From assembly GCA_963665085.2 (NCBI GenBank), contig CAXXXS010000001.1, positions 609,155 to 673,154 of the forward strand: a stretch of 64,000 bases of DNA. The letters are read 5' to 3'. Of the stretch, positions 17,638 to 27,419 are shown piece by piece. A program made the translations under genes and the position numbers. Numbering within the stretch: position 1 is the first letter of the stretch; every line of letters starts with the position of its first letter. A model generated the notes under the pieces. It ran no database searches and was not told the DNA's origin. It saw nothing but the letters and a program-made list of their open reading frames with translations. Origin of the DNA: Bacteroidales bacterium. Its GTDB lineage: Bacteria; Bacteroidota; Bacteroidia; Bacteroidales; JAAAOM01.

Positions 17638-18756
17638 ATGGATTTTAACCTTTACAATAGCATTATTTTAGCCGGTGTCGTTCAAGGATTTATTTTTGCC
17701 ATAATTGTTCTGTCAACAAAAAAATACAAAAGCATAAGCAATTATTATCTGGTTGCATTTATCCTAAGCTTTTCCTTTTGCAACCTAATGTATTATTTAC
17801 CCATAACTGGCTTAATGGATTATCCATTGCTATTCAAAACCTTCTATTTCCCTTGGGTAGTATTAGTCCCCGTTTTCTTTTATCGTTATGTAAAAACCTT
17901 ACTATACCCAGAAGATAAGTTTTCGAAAAAACAAAATCTCCAATATTTACCATTTGTTGTTTTTTTGGTTCCAATGCTCATTTATAAGTTCATTGCATTT
18001 ACAATTGGGGTTAATAAAGAGGTTGAAGTATTATTTGAAAAATTCATTTTATTTTTTGAAGTATTCTCTTCACTATTTCCATTTTACTTTATCGTAGCAA
18101 TTTTCACGTTAATAATTAAATACAAAAAAGAACATAAGCAATTTAATATTACTGAAATAAATGAACGCCACATGTGGTTACAAATAACTATGTGGCTATT
18201 GACCCTTTTAAACATAGTATGGTTAGTTGTAATTATGCTTCAAGTTTTTTCTGATCATGAAGAATGTTATCCTGTTTGGATATCGGTTTCAGCAATTATT
18301 TACTGGATTGGCCATGCAGGAATTTACAAGTATGGGATAATACAAGAAAGAAAAAAAATACGCAGACAAACCCTTAACCAGGTTATAAATACCAGTGATA
18401 TTTCACAAGAAGAAAACCAGCATGTAAAAGCTTTTAAGAACCAAATAATTAAAGAGAAATTATTTTTGGACTCTAGTATCACGCTAGAAAGTATTGCTGC
18501 TAAAATAGATATAAGCGTAAGTCTATTATCGCGAATTATCAATGAAGAATTACAGAGCAACTTTAATGATTATGTAAATAAATTAAGAGTAGAGGAAGTT
18601 AAACGTTATTTAAACAACCCAAGTTTCTCAAATTATACGATTACTTCCATAGGACTTGAAGCCGGTTTTAATTCTAAAACAACATTTTTTACTGCCTTTA
18701 AAAAATTTACCGGAACTACTCCCGCTAACTACAAAAAAAACTTAAGTAAGGTATAA
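17638..18756 (+). CDS. AraC-family transcriptional regulator with a multi-pass membrane N-terminal domain
   Basis: The N-terminal ~220 aa form about six hydrophobic helices. The C-terminus is an AraC HTH (LLSRIINEELQSNFNDYVNKLRVEEVKRYL ... GFNSKTTFFTAFKKFTGTTPANYKK). I moved the start to ATG 17638. Confidence 0.85.
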   Translation: MDFNLYNSIILAGVVQGFIFAIIVLSTKKYKSISNYYLVAFILSFSFCNLMYYLPITGLMDYPLLFKTFYFPWVVLVPVFFYRYVKTLLYPEDKFSKKQNLQYLPFVVFLVPMLIYKFIAFTIGVNKEVEVLFEKFILFFEVFSSLFPFYFIVAIFTLIIKYKKEHKQFNITEINERHMWLQITMWLLTLLNIVWLVVIMLQVFSDHEECYPVWISVSAIIYWIGHAGIYKYGIIQERKKIRRQTLNQVINTSDISQEENQHVKAFKNQIIKEKLFLDSSITLESIAAKIDISVSLLSRIINEELQSNFNDYVNKLRVEEVKRYLNNPSFSNYTITSIGLEAGFNSKTTFFTAFKKFTGTTPANYKKNLSKV

Positions 18757-19036
18757 TTTTTTGTCCTCCATTTTTTCAGGAATAAGAAAAAACATGTATC
18801 TCTTTGGTGCTTTTCGCAAAACCCCATTAAAATGTAATTACTTTAGCACACCTTCCTTACAAGAAAAAACACAAACATCTAATTTACATTATTTTAACAC
18901 GTATTCTTTTTTAGGTTCTCAACAAAAGAAACAAGTCCTATTATTTCCAGAATGGAAAATTTGGAACTTTTAAGCATAAAAATCCCTATAGATTTGCCCG
19001 ATATTTTATATCCATGAAAAACTAAAAACATTTTTT

Positions 19037-19513
19037 ATGAAACCATCAAAAAATTTATACTTATTTATAACATTTGCTCTTGTTATGTGTTTTGCTATAA
19101 GTTGCAAAAAAGAGAAAAGTTTATCAAATGAATCAATGCTTACAGGTAAAAATTGGAAGGTAGTCGGCTATACGGTAGATCCCGGCCTAAGTATTAATGG
19201 AACAATAGTTACCAATTTATACGAACAATTCGATCCTTGTGTGAAAGATGATATCTTTAATTGTAAAACAGATAGGACTTATACCATGGAAGAAGGACTG
19301 ATAAAATGCAGTGTTGACGATCCTCAAGTATACGAATCTGGAACATGGACTTTTAATTCCGATGAAACTGTTTTAATTCTTACTACTTCAGGGGGCATAA
19401 TGACTAATTATAATTTGGAAAACCTGAGCTCAACAGAAATTGTCTTAAAAACCGAAGTATTTATTGATAATTTAAAATACATAACAACTACTACTTATAA
19501 CTTAGAAAAGTAA
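19037..19513 (+). CDS. Lipocalin-like small lipoprotein (possible cognate inhibitor of the downstream C10 protease)
   Basis: 158 aa. It has a lipoprotein signal (FAISCKKE) and the motif LTGKNWKVVGYTVDP, typical of lipocalin-like domains. It lies 19 nt upstream of the C10 protease gene. Confidence 0.55.
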   Translation: MKPSKNLYLFITFALVMCFAISCKKEKSLSNESMLTGKNWKVVGYTVDPGLSINGTIVTNLYEQFDPCVKDDIFNCKTDRTYTMEEGLIKCSVDDPQVYESGTWTFNSDETVLILTTSGGIMTNYNLENLSSTEIVLKTEVFIDNLKYITTTTYNLEK

Positions 19514-19532
19514 TCATTCATGCCTAAAAATT

Positions 19533-22166
19533 ATGAAACATCTATACCTTACTGCTATCATAATACTCCTTTCTTTTAACATTGTACTAAATGCAAAAGA
19601 AGTTCCTCTTTCTGTAGCAAAAAGTACAGCTGAGCAATATATTTCTTTGCAATTAGGCACTTATTTAAAAAGCACAAACATTGAGCTTAACTATTGTGGA
19701 AATATTTTCTCAGCAAGATTGTCTAAAAACAATTTAAAATCAGCTTCAGACACTATTGAACCCCTTTATATTTTTAATATAGAAAACGACAAAGGATATA
19801 TTATTATAGCAGGAGACGATGCTTCTATTCCGGTTTTAGGGTATTCAACCAAAGGTAGTATTAACAGTGAAACAACACCGAATAATGTTATGAAATGGCT
19901 GGAAGGATACCGTAAACAAATTCAGTACATCCAGGAAAACAACATTGAACAGACAGAAGAAATTAAAGACTTATGGAGAAACAGTTATAGTAATTTAAAG
20001 TCGGCTAACGATGTTAGTCCCTTAATCCAGACACAATGGAACCAAGCACCTTATGTAAACGCGATGTGCCCATATGATTATGATTATAACGAAAATACCG
20101 TAACGGGATGCCCTGCAACAGCTATGTCCCAAATTATGCGGTTCTGGGAATATCCATCAAGTGGAACCGGATTTCATTCCTACTCACACAGCAAATACGG
20201 AACACTGTCTGCCAATTTTGGAACAACCACATATGACTGGGCTTCAATGCCAAACACAATTAACTCTACGAACAATTCAGTGGCTACATTAATGTATCAT
20301 TGTGGGGTTGCAGTGGAGATGGAATATAATGTTTCAGCAGAAGGAGGAAGTGGTAGCTATGTAATAATTGATGCATACAACCGATATCCCGAGACACAAA
20401 CCGTAGAATACGCTTTACCCACTTATTTTGGTTATGACAATACAATTCAAGGATTAGAAAGAGCTAATTACAGTGATGATGAATGGATAAGTATAATAAA
20501 AGCTGAACTCGATGCCGGTCGGCCAGTACAATATGCTGGTTACGGACAGGGTGGACATACATGGGTTTGTGATGGCTATCAAAATGGAACGTATTTTCAT
20601 ATGAATTGGGGATGGGGAGGATATTACGACGGATATTTTTTATTGGATGCCCTTAACCCGGGAAGCGGAGGTATTGGCTCTGGAGCAGGAACCTACAACA
20701 GTGGACAACAAGCTCTTATAGGCATTCAACCTAGAGATGGTTCCGGAGGAGGGGGCGGAGGATCGTCAACAGACGAAGATATTATTTTATATTCAGATAT
20801 AACCCTTTCTGCAAATCCTGTACAATATGGTAGTGAGTTTAGTGCAAACGTCGATATTTTAAACAATACCAGTACTGACTTTAGTGGTGAATTTTGCTCC
20901 GCTATTTTTGATTATGACAATGTATTTATCGATTTTGTTGAGGTAATAACAGGAATTGATTTACCTGCTGGCTATCATTATACAAATGGAATAACTTTTA
21001 CAAAAGAATCCAGTTTAAGCTTACTTCCTGGTAATTATTATGTCTGCTTTTTTATGAGAACTAGTACTTCTAATGAATGGACACTTATTACAACACAATC
21101 TGGGGACTTTTATTCGGATCTTCAGGTTACTTATGAAAATGACATAAGCCTTTACTCCGACATATCTGTTAACACAGAAGATATTATCTCTGGTGGCTCA
21201 TTATCTGTAGATGTAAGTATTGGAAATTATTCATATTCTGATAATTTTTCTGGTCTATTTAATTTATCCATTTACGAAATGGACGGTGAAGGTAATTTTG
21301 TCGCTGAGGTAGAAGAATTGGATAATGTTTCATTAGATTCTCGTACTTATAATACATATACATTTACAACGAATGCACTTGATGCTGAACCCGGCACCTA
21401 TTTACTTGCACTTACCCATCAACCAGATGGAGGAAGCTACCAACTCTCCGGTTCAACAACAGATTACTTTAATCCCATTAAAATTATTGTTCAGCAGGCC
21501 CCACTAACAGGTGATATCTATGAAAATAACAATGATATTAATAATGCCTATCAATTAAACACCTTCTATTCTAATAATACTTCTAACCAAGATACAGAAG
21601 GGGCTAATTTCCATGTAGGTAACGATTGGGATTATTATTCAATACAACTGGAAACTGGCTATAATTATGAAATATCTGCCCGCCTACATGATGCCTATAA
21701 TAACGGCACCAGCAATAATTATACGGTAGATGCCATGTTCCTGTATTCTTTTGATGGTAATAAATGGTCTGACTCATATGATGATATTCTACCTGGAAAC
21801 ATAACTACTCAAGGGGGAAAAACTTTATATTTTGTGGTATCTCCGTTCTTCTTAGGGGAAACCGGCAATTATTTATTAGAAACAACTGTTACGAGAACAT
21901 CAAACTCAAGTACAGATATTCAAATTACAACCGAGAATAATATTAAAATCTACCCTAATCCAGCAGAAGATTTTATTAACATAACATCTGATAATCAAAC
22001 AATAACATCTGTTGCATTATATAATATTGATGGTAGGCTATTAGAAAGAAATAAACCCAATTCTAATAAAATACTTCTTAATATTGGGGAATATCCGGGA
22101 GGTGTTTACTTTATCGAAATAAAAAGTGACGAGAACGTAATAAAAAAGAAAATCATAAAAAAATGA
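19533..22166 (+). CDS. C10-family (streptopain-like) cysteine peptidase with Spi pro-domain, pre-peptidase C-terminal-like domain and T9SS C-terminal sorting domain
   Basis: 877 aa. It has a signal peptide and an N-terminal inhibitor-like pro-region (PLYIFNIENDKGYIIIAGDDASIPVLGYS). The catalytic Cys context is QTQWNQAPYVNAMCP ... TGCPATAMSQIMRFWEYP and the His context is GGHTWVCDGY. A Gly-rich linker, a PPC-like domain (GDIYENNNDINNAYQL) and a T9SS CTD (KIYPNPAEDFINI ... GVYFIEIKSD) follow. Confidence 0.88.
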   Translation: MKHLYLTAIIILLSFNIVLNAKEVPLSVAKSTAEQYISLQLGTYLKSTNIELNYCGNIFSARLSKNNLKSASDTIEPLYIFNIENDKGYIIIAGDDASIPVLGYSTKGSINSETTPNNVMKWLEGYRKQIQYIQENNIEQTEEIKDLWRNSYSNLKSANDVSPLIQTQWNQAPYVNAMCPYDYDYNENTVTGCPATAMSQIMRFWEYPSSGTGFHSYSHSKYGTLSANFGTTTYDWASMPNTINSTNNSVATLMYHCGVAVEMEYNVSAEGGSGSYVIIDAYNRYPETQTVEYALPTYFGYDNTIQGLERANYSDDEWISIIKAELDAGRPVQYAGYGQGGHTWVCDGYQNGTYFHMNWGWGGYYDGYFLLDALNPGSGGIGSGAGTYNSGQQALIGIQPRDGSGGGGGGSSTDEDIILYSDITLSANPVQYGSEFSANVDILNNTSTDFSGEFCSAIFDYDNVFIDFVEVITGIDLPAGYHYTNGITFTKESSLSLLPGNYYVCFFMRTSTSNEWTLITTQSGDFYSDLQVTYENDISLYSDISVNTEDIISGGSLSVDVSIGNYSYSDNFSGLFNLSIYEMDGEGNFVAEVEELDNVSLDSRTYNTYTFTTNALDAEPGTYLLALTHQPDGGSYQLSGSTTDYFNPIKIIVQQAPLTGDIYENNNDINNAYQLNTFYSNNTSNQDTEGANFHVGNDWDYYSIQLETGYNYEISARLHDAYNNGTSNNYTVDAMFLYSFDGNKWSDSYDDILPGNITTQGGKTLYFVVSPFFLGETGNYLLETTVTRTSNSSTDIQITTENNIKIYPNPAEDFINITSDNQTITSVALYNIDGRLLERNKPNSNKILLNIGEYPGGVYFIEIKSDENVIKKKIIKK

Positions 22167-22642
22167 GAGTCAATCTTTTAATACTTATTACATTACTGGT
22201 AACTATGTGTACCTCTAAAGTAGTTGTTCCGGAAATTGCTTATGCTAATGCCCCATTGATTTTATATAAAACAAAAGCTGATTACAGTCAATATATTCCT
22301 ATAACCCTCAATAATGAGAGGAACAAGATAATAGCATATCCCGGAATCAAGGACATATATAATAATAAGGAATTTGCAGTTCCAACCAAATTAAAAAATG
22401 GATATCTTCTGGATAATTTAGGAATTTCTCCTCTTTCAGCATATACATCAATTACTTTCCAAGAATATGCCAGCTTCAAAACGCCTCCCAGTGTTGACTA
22501 TCTAATGGAACATATTATTGACAAGAATCCTTTTTTAGAAGTATACAACTGTGGTGTGAGGAATTCCAACCTGGAGATAAAGACACTTAACAATATAATT
22601 GCAAAAAAATTTGAAAACTGTGAATTATTAAATAATAAATAA
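22163..22642 (+). CDS. Hypothetical lipoprotein, translationally coupled to the C10 protease gene
   Basis: 159 aa with a lipoprotein-type signal (LLVTMCTSK). Its ATG overlaps the protease stop (ATGA, 22163-22166). I recognise no domain. Confidence 0.55.
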   Translation: MRVNLLILITLLVTMCTSKVVVPEIAYANAPLILYKTKADYSQYIPITLNNERNKIIAYPGIKDIYNNKEFAVPTKLKNGYLLDNLGISPLSAYTSITFQEYASFKTPPSVDYLMEHIIDKNPFLEVYNCGVRNSNLEIKTLNNIIAKKFENCELLNNK

Positions 22643-22732
22643 TTAGACAACCCATATAGCTAATAATTACGTATAGAATTATTGTTATAAAGTATGAATT
22701 TTCAAAATTTAACCTCACAATTCAACAGGAAC

Positions 22733-23215
22733 ATGAATATAAAAATAATATTCACCTCCTTTTTTGCCCTATTTACAATTTCACTTTTTAGCCAGGAATT
22801 TGATTACTCCACAGAAAAACCTAAAATAAATGAATCATCATTATATGGTGGAATAGGCATTACTCCTCTTTATGGAAATTTCACCGTAAACTACGAAATT
22901 TTGCTTGTAGAACGGCCAAATTCTCTATTCAAAAAAAGAGGATTACGAGTTGGGACTGGAATTTATCAATATTATGATGATGGTAGTTTAAATCTTATTA
23001 TAAATTATTCAAGCCTTACCGGTACAAAGAATAATCATTTCGAATTAGGTCTTGGTGCTGCCTACTTACATTTTCTTACCTCAACAAATAAATATTTCTC
23101 GCCAGCCGTAAACATTGGCTACCGCTTCAAAAAGACAGAAAGAAAGTTTATATTTCGGACAGGTATAGGATTTCCAGAGTTATTATACATTGGTTTTGGG
23201 TATGCATTCAATTGA
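22733..23215 (+). CDS. Hypothetical small outer-membrane beta-barrel-like protein
   Basis: The ORF track gives 22694-23215. The likely start is ATG 22733 (MNIKIIFTSFFALFTISLFSQ signal). The protein has an alternating hydrophobic pattern and an aromatic C-terminus (IGFGYAFN). Confidence 0.5.
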   Translation: MNIKIIFTSFFALFTISLFSQEFDYSTEKPKINESSLYGGIGITPLYGNFTVNYEILLVERPNSLFKKRGLRVGTGIYQYYDDGSLNLIINYSSLTGTKNNHFELGLGAAYLHFLTSTNKYFSPAVNIGYRFKKTERKFIFRTGIGFPELLYIGFGYAFN

Positions 23216-23258
23216 ATATCTCCGGAAAACATTTAAGAACAATACAATTGATTTTTTT

Positions 23259-24779
23259 CTAAACTCCACTCCCCTTCTTTATAAATCGTTTAACTATCAT
23301 CACAATAAGAAATACCATACATACATATATCAGGATGTCACCAACTCTCGTATAAAACGTTTGCCTTGATTGAATAGGTACTTCACCGTACATAATCTTG
23401 TCATCAGAGGTAAATGTATTTAAAGACGAAAGGTTATTGCCCCTATCATCGTAAATTGCGGATAATCCCATTCCATTTGATCTAACTAACAAAAAGCCAA
23501 ATTGAATAGCCTGGAGACTGGCCATCTGTGAATGAAGTGGTGTAATTCCTGCCCAGTCGAAAGCTGGCACCAACAAGATATCTACTGATTTTTTACCAGC
23601 TTGTTTTATATAATTCTGGATATCCAAATCAGAACAAATCACACTTCCCACTATTCCATATTGAGTTTGTGCAACAGGTAATTCAAAATCTCCTTTATTT
23701 ACCATTGGAGCTTCTGCTGTTGGATGCAAAAATGATTTCTTATACTCAAATAATATTTCCTTTTCAGGAGAAACGAGAATACTTATATTATTAAATGGCT
23801 TCTTGTTTTGTTCTTCACTCTCTTCAAGAAAAGAAAGTAAAACATATACTTTTTGTTTTGCACAAATAGATTGTATTTCTGATATAAGTTCCTTTTTTTT
23901 ATCCTTATTTAATATCAAAGCTGTCTCATTCCACACTATAATTTTTGCGTTTTGCTGTGAAGCATTATAGATCCTTTTTACAAGATTATTAATTGATAGG
24001 GAGTCGGAAAATATCCTTGCTGGTACTTCGATAGTATTATCTTCAGCCAGCTTAGCAAAAGCTTCTGCTTCTTCATGCATAATCTGGTGTATATTTGTTT
24101 CACTTAAAACAGTAGCTACTTTTACTGTCTTCTCAGCAGATCCTAAAGTTTTGATTTGTAATACACCAAATAAAAGAATAAATAAAAAGATACTGCTATA
24201 AATAATTGTTCCTTTAAAAATAATACGACGTTCAGCATTATTCTCTATAATCCAGTTAACAACAGAGGCAAACCATGATACGATAAACCAAATCCCATAG
24301 ATTCCGGTTAATGATACTAATTGTATCAACACATTAAATTTATATTGTGTATGAGCAATACTTCCCCAGGTTCCTATTGCTTTACTGGCAACAAACTCTA
24401 TTAATGCAATGGATACAGGAAAAATAAGACTATAATAGAACTTGTCTTTCTTTTTGTACAAAAGTCTGTCAATGATATAAGGGATGACAGTTAATATTCC
24501 ATAACTTATTCCATTGGAGATATTAACAGCCGGCATATTCATTAAATTATTGCAAGTCTGTGAAATACCTCCAGAAATAGATATTAAAATAAAAAAAATA
24601 AACATTTCATACCATTTCGCCTTTCGTGTATACAATAGCAAAAACACAGGAGCAATCCATGCTGCAATACCGATATACCAGTTTATACCAGAAAATGTAA
24701 TTGCAACAAGTCCTATAAGTAATGAAACTATCTTTAATATTTCCTTTTTAGTCTTCATATCTTTATTTTTGAAAATCAA
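23259..24779 (-). CDS. Apolipoprotein N-acyltransferase-like protein (multi-TM N-terminus plus carbon-nitrogen hydrolase domain)
   Basis: 506 aa with about 7 N-terminal TM helices. The CN-hydrolase E-K-C triad contexts are VWNETAL, YKKSFLHP and GSVICSDL. A final C-terminal TM helix is present. This layout is typical of Lnt. Confidence 0.7.
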   Translation of the reverse strand: MIFKNKDMKTKKEILKIVSLLIGLVAITFSGINWYIGIAAWIAPVFLLLYTRKAKWYEMFIFFILISISGGISQTCNNLMNMPAVNISNGISYGILTVIPYIIDRLLYKKKDKFYYSLIFPVSIALIEFVASKAIGTWGSIAHTQYKFNVLIQLVSLTGIYGIWFIVSWFASVVNWIIENNAERRIIFKGTIIYSSIFLFILLFGVLQIKTLGSAEKTVKVATVLSETNIHQIMHEEAEAFAKLAEDNTIEVPARIFSDSLSINNLVKRIYNASQQNAKIIVWNETALILNKDKKKELISEIQSICAKQKVYVLLSFLEESEEQNKKPFNNISILVSPEKEILFEYKKSFLHPTAEAPMVNKGDFELPVAQTQYGIVGSVICSDLDIQNYIKQAGKKSVDILLVPAFDWAGITPLHSQMASLQAIQFGFLLVRSNGMGLSAIYDDRGNNLSSLNTFTSDDKIMYGEVPIQSRQTFYTRVGDILIYVCMVFLIVMIVKRFIKKGSGV

Positions 24780-24828
24780 AGGTAAAGTAGCTTAAGTATA
24801 AAAGAAATAGTGAATTATCATCAATTTT

Positions 24829-25611
24829 ATGGCAGTAAAGCTTAATCAATTAAACGAAAAGAGACTTAAAAACAAACGCTCTCACCATTGCAACGTTACC
24901 GAAGAGGATTATAAAAAAATCATGCCTAAGATAGATATTCTCAAACGTCTATCCGAAGTTGAAAGCACTACTTATGCCGTGTATGATATGCATAAAAACA
25001 ATTACCTCCTACAGAGTAATGAGCAAAAAAGACTATTTGGATTCACTGATGAGAGTAAGGATCAGGATATCGATTCAGAAATTCATTACCAAAACATACA
25101 TCCTGATGATTTATCCTTTGTGTTGGAAACTGACAATTTCGTTTATGATTTTTTCTCAAATCTGCCTGCCTGCGAGAAAAAAAATTATAAGCTTGTGTAT
25201 GATTTCAGGACCAGAAACACAGAGGGTAATTACATGAGGTACCTTCATCAAATGATTATTCTTGAACAGGATAGAGATGGGAAATCCTGGCTTACACTTA
25301 TAATTTCAAATTTACTCTCAGAAAGAGCAGGCAAAGAACAATCCCATCGTAGGATGATTAATATGAAAACAGGAAAATTACACCTGTTTAACACAATAGA
25401 TGATGTTTCAAATTCAGAAATAATACTTACTAAAAGGGAAACCGAAGTTTTAAGTATGATTGGCAGAGGTTACGACAGTATTAATATCTCAGACAAACTT
25501 CATATCAGTGTAAATACAGTAAATAATCATCGCCAGAACATTCTCAGAAAAACCTTTACTGAGAATACAACACAGGCTTTGTTGTATGCAAAAAGTTTAG
25601 GATTAGTCTAG
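24829..25611 (+). CDS. LuxR-family transcriptional regulator with a PAS-like N-terminal domain
   Basis: 260 aa. The C-terminus is a LuxR HTH (LTKRETEVLSMIGRGYDSINISDKLHISVNTVNNHRQNILRKT). The N-terminal region is PAS-like (IHPDDLSFV ... YDFRTRNTEGNYMRYLHQ). Confidence 0.85.
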   Translation: MAVKLNQLNEKRLKNKRSHHCNVTEEDYKKIMPKIDILKRLSEVESTTYAVYDMHKNNYLLQSNEQKRLFGFTDESKDQDIDSEIHYQNIHPDDLSFVLETDNFVYDFFSNLPACEKKNYKLVYDFRTRNTEGNYMRYLHQMIILEQDRDGKSWLTLIISNLLSERAGKEQSHRRMINMKTGKLHLFNTIDDVSNSEIILTKRETEVLSMIGRGYDSINISDKLHISVNTVNNHRQNILRKTFTENTTQALLYAKSLGLV

Positions 25612-25677
25612 AATGATGATAAATATAAAAAAACGGAAATATATTACTTATCACAAAGTAATAGTAATTTTTGTATG

Positions 25678-25702
25678 GATAATCGATATAATATCGATTA
25701 TC
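25678..25702. promoter_or_regulatory. Perfect 25-bp palindrome, candidate AbiEi autoregulatory operator
   Basis: The palindrome is GATAATCGATAT-A-ATATCGATTATC (12-bp arms). It ends 34 nt upstream of the abiEi ATG (25737). A second inverted repeat, TATTACTT-N6-AAGTAATA, lies at 25642-25663. Confidence 0.55.
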
Positions 25703-25736
25703 TGTGTAATATTTACTATTTTTATAAAAAAATAAA

Positions 25737-26363
25737 ATGATTCCGATTGAATATTTTGGGATAATTCCTGTAGAATTTGGAGCTATCGCAGAAATTATAG
25801 GAGATTATAAGGCTCCCAGGGATAAAATTAGTAAACTAGAAAAGACAGGCTCAGTGATCCGTTTAAAAAAAGGTTTGTTTGTTATTTCACCAGACCTTTC
25901 AAAAGAAAAACTTTCCACTGAATTAATAGCCAACCATTTGTTAGGTCCATCATATATTTCCATGGAAAGTGCACTTTCTTATTATGGACTAATCCCAGAA
26001 CGGGTTTACACAATCCGATCAGCAACTATTAAAAGGTCGAAATCGTTTACAACTCCTATTAGCACTTTTGAATACTTGACAGTACCTGAATGTTATTTTC
26101 CAATTGGAATTAAAAACGAAATCATTGACAATTCCTTTGCATTCTTGATAGGATCACCGGAAAAAGCCCTATGTGATCTGATCCTAACAACTGCTAATCT
26201 TAGGATACAATCAAAAAAAGCAATGGAGACATATCTTCATAAGGATTTAAGGATCGATTTTTCTCAGGAACCAACATGGGATCTAGAAATTATTGAAAAA
26301 TGTATTGAAAGGGGAAGAAAAAAAAATGAACTTAAAATATTATATGAAACCTTAAAATCATGA
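25737..26363 (+). CDS. abiEi: Type IV toxin-antitoxin system AbiEi-family antitoxin/transcriptional regulator
   Basis: 208 aa. Family-typical segments are present (GSVIRLKKGLFVISPD ... LIANHLLGPSYISMESALSYYGLIPE). It overlaps the downstream toxin gene by 4 nt (ATGA). Confidence 0.85.
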   Translation: MIPIEYFGIIPVEFGAIAEIIGDYKAPRDKISKLEKTGSVIRLKKGLFVISPDLSKEKLSTELIANHLLGPSYISMESALSYYGLIPERVYTIRSATIKRSKSFTTPISTFEYLTVPECYFPIGIKNEIIDNSFAFLIGSPEKALCDLILTTANLRIQSKKAMETYLHKDLRIDFSQEPTWDLEIIEKCIERGRKKNELKILYETLKS

Positions 26364-27193
26364 ATGATATATTTGAACAAATGCTAGCGCGTTATAAAAT
26401 AATCACTAAAAATGATGAACGTAATGCGATACATGAGATAATGCAACAAACTACACTTGCAGGCCTATACCGTGCAGGTTTTTTTGAGAAAGCTTCTTTT
26501 TATGGCGGGACATGCTTAAGAATTTTCCATAATTTGAATCGTTTTTCTGAAGACATGGACTTTTCTCTTCTCAAAAAAGATGAAAATTTTTTAATCGATA
26601 AATATTTTGATTCTATCCTAAATGAATTTAAAGCTATAGGGAGAACAGTTAAAATTTATAAAAAAGAAAAGTCTACAAAATCACAAGTCGAATCTGCATT
26701 CCTAAAAGATAATACTGATGTTTATAACATTCAATTTCAGAATGAGCCAACTATTAAAATAAAACTAGAGGTCGATACTGATCCTCCATTAAAATTTCAA
26801 ACAGAGCATAAACTACTCCTGCTCCCATTTTCGTTTATGACCCGCTGTTTTACACTCCCAGGACTTTTTGCAGGAAAAATGCATGCCTTTCTTTTTAGAA
26901 GATGGAGAAACAGAGTTAAAGGACGTGACTGGTATGATTTTGAGTGGTATATCCGAAATCAAATACCCTTAGATTACAATCATTTTCTCGAAAGAACATA
27001 TCAAAGTGAAGAAATAGACAAGAGCAATTTAAGCAAGGAAAAATTTAATGAATTGTTGAGAGAAAAAATTGAAAATACAAAAATGGACTTCGTAATATCT
27101 GATGTCAAACCTTTCCTAAAAAAACAAAAAGACTTGGAGATCTGGTCTACAGAATACTTTCTTCAATTAGCTGAAATGATAAAATTTACATGA
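26360..27193 (+). CDS. abiEii: AbiEii/AbiGii-family nucleotidyltransferase toxin
   Basis: 277 aa with the Pol-beta-type NTase motif context FYGGTCLRIFHNLNRFSEDMDFSL, and RDWYDFEW later in the protein. Confidence 0.85.
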   Translation: MNDIFEQMLARYKIITKNDERNAIHEIMQQTTLAGLYRAGFFEKASFYGGTCLRIFHNLNRFSEDMDFSLLKKDENFLIDKYFDSILNEFKAIGRTVKIYKKEKSTKSQVESAFLKDNTDVYNIQFQNEPTIKIKLEVDTDPPLKFQTEHKLLLLPFSFMTRCFTLPGLFAGKMHAFLFRRWRNRVKGRDWYDFEWYIRNQIPLDYNHFLERTYQSEEIDKSNLSKEKFNELLREKIENTKMDFVISDVKPFLKKQKDLEIWSTEYFLQLAEMIKFT

Positions 27194-27419
27194 CTCCTTT
27201 CAATTTTCCATAAAAAAGTAACCTCTTACTCTATAAAATTAGATAGATTTTGAAGAAACACATTCACATAGTTTAGTTGAGAATTCTGTTTATCCTAAGA
27301 TTAGGAAAATTTCGAACTTACCAGTTTTAAAGAAGGCTTTTTCTTAACAAATCACTATACATTGTATTCTCAATATTATTCATAGTATATTTACCTAAAC
27401 TAACTTTTTTAACTGAAAA

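Noticed and set aside
18761-18973. 70-aa ORF between the AraC regulator gene and the lipocalin-like gene
   Set aside because: It starts with a non-ATG codon directly after the AraC stop. It has no signal peptide or motif, and its composition is typical of AT-rich intergenic DNA. It is probably non-coding.
20735-20770. Gly-run (GSGGGGGGSS) in the C10 protease as a slippage-prone or phase-variable tract
   Set aside because: The DNA is GGTTCCGGAGGAGGGGGCGGAGGATCG. This uses mixed glycine codons, with the longest homopolymer being G5. It looks like an ordinary flexible linker rather than a contingency repeat.
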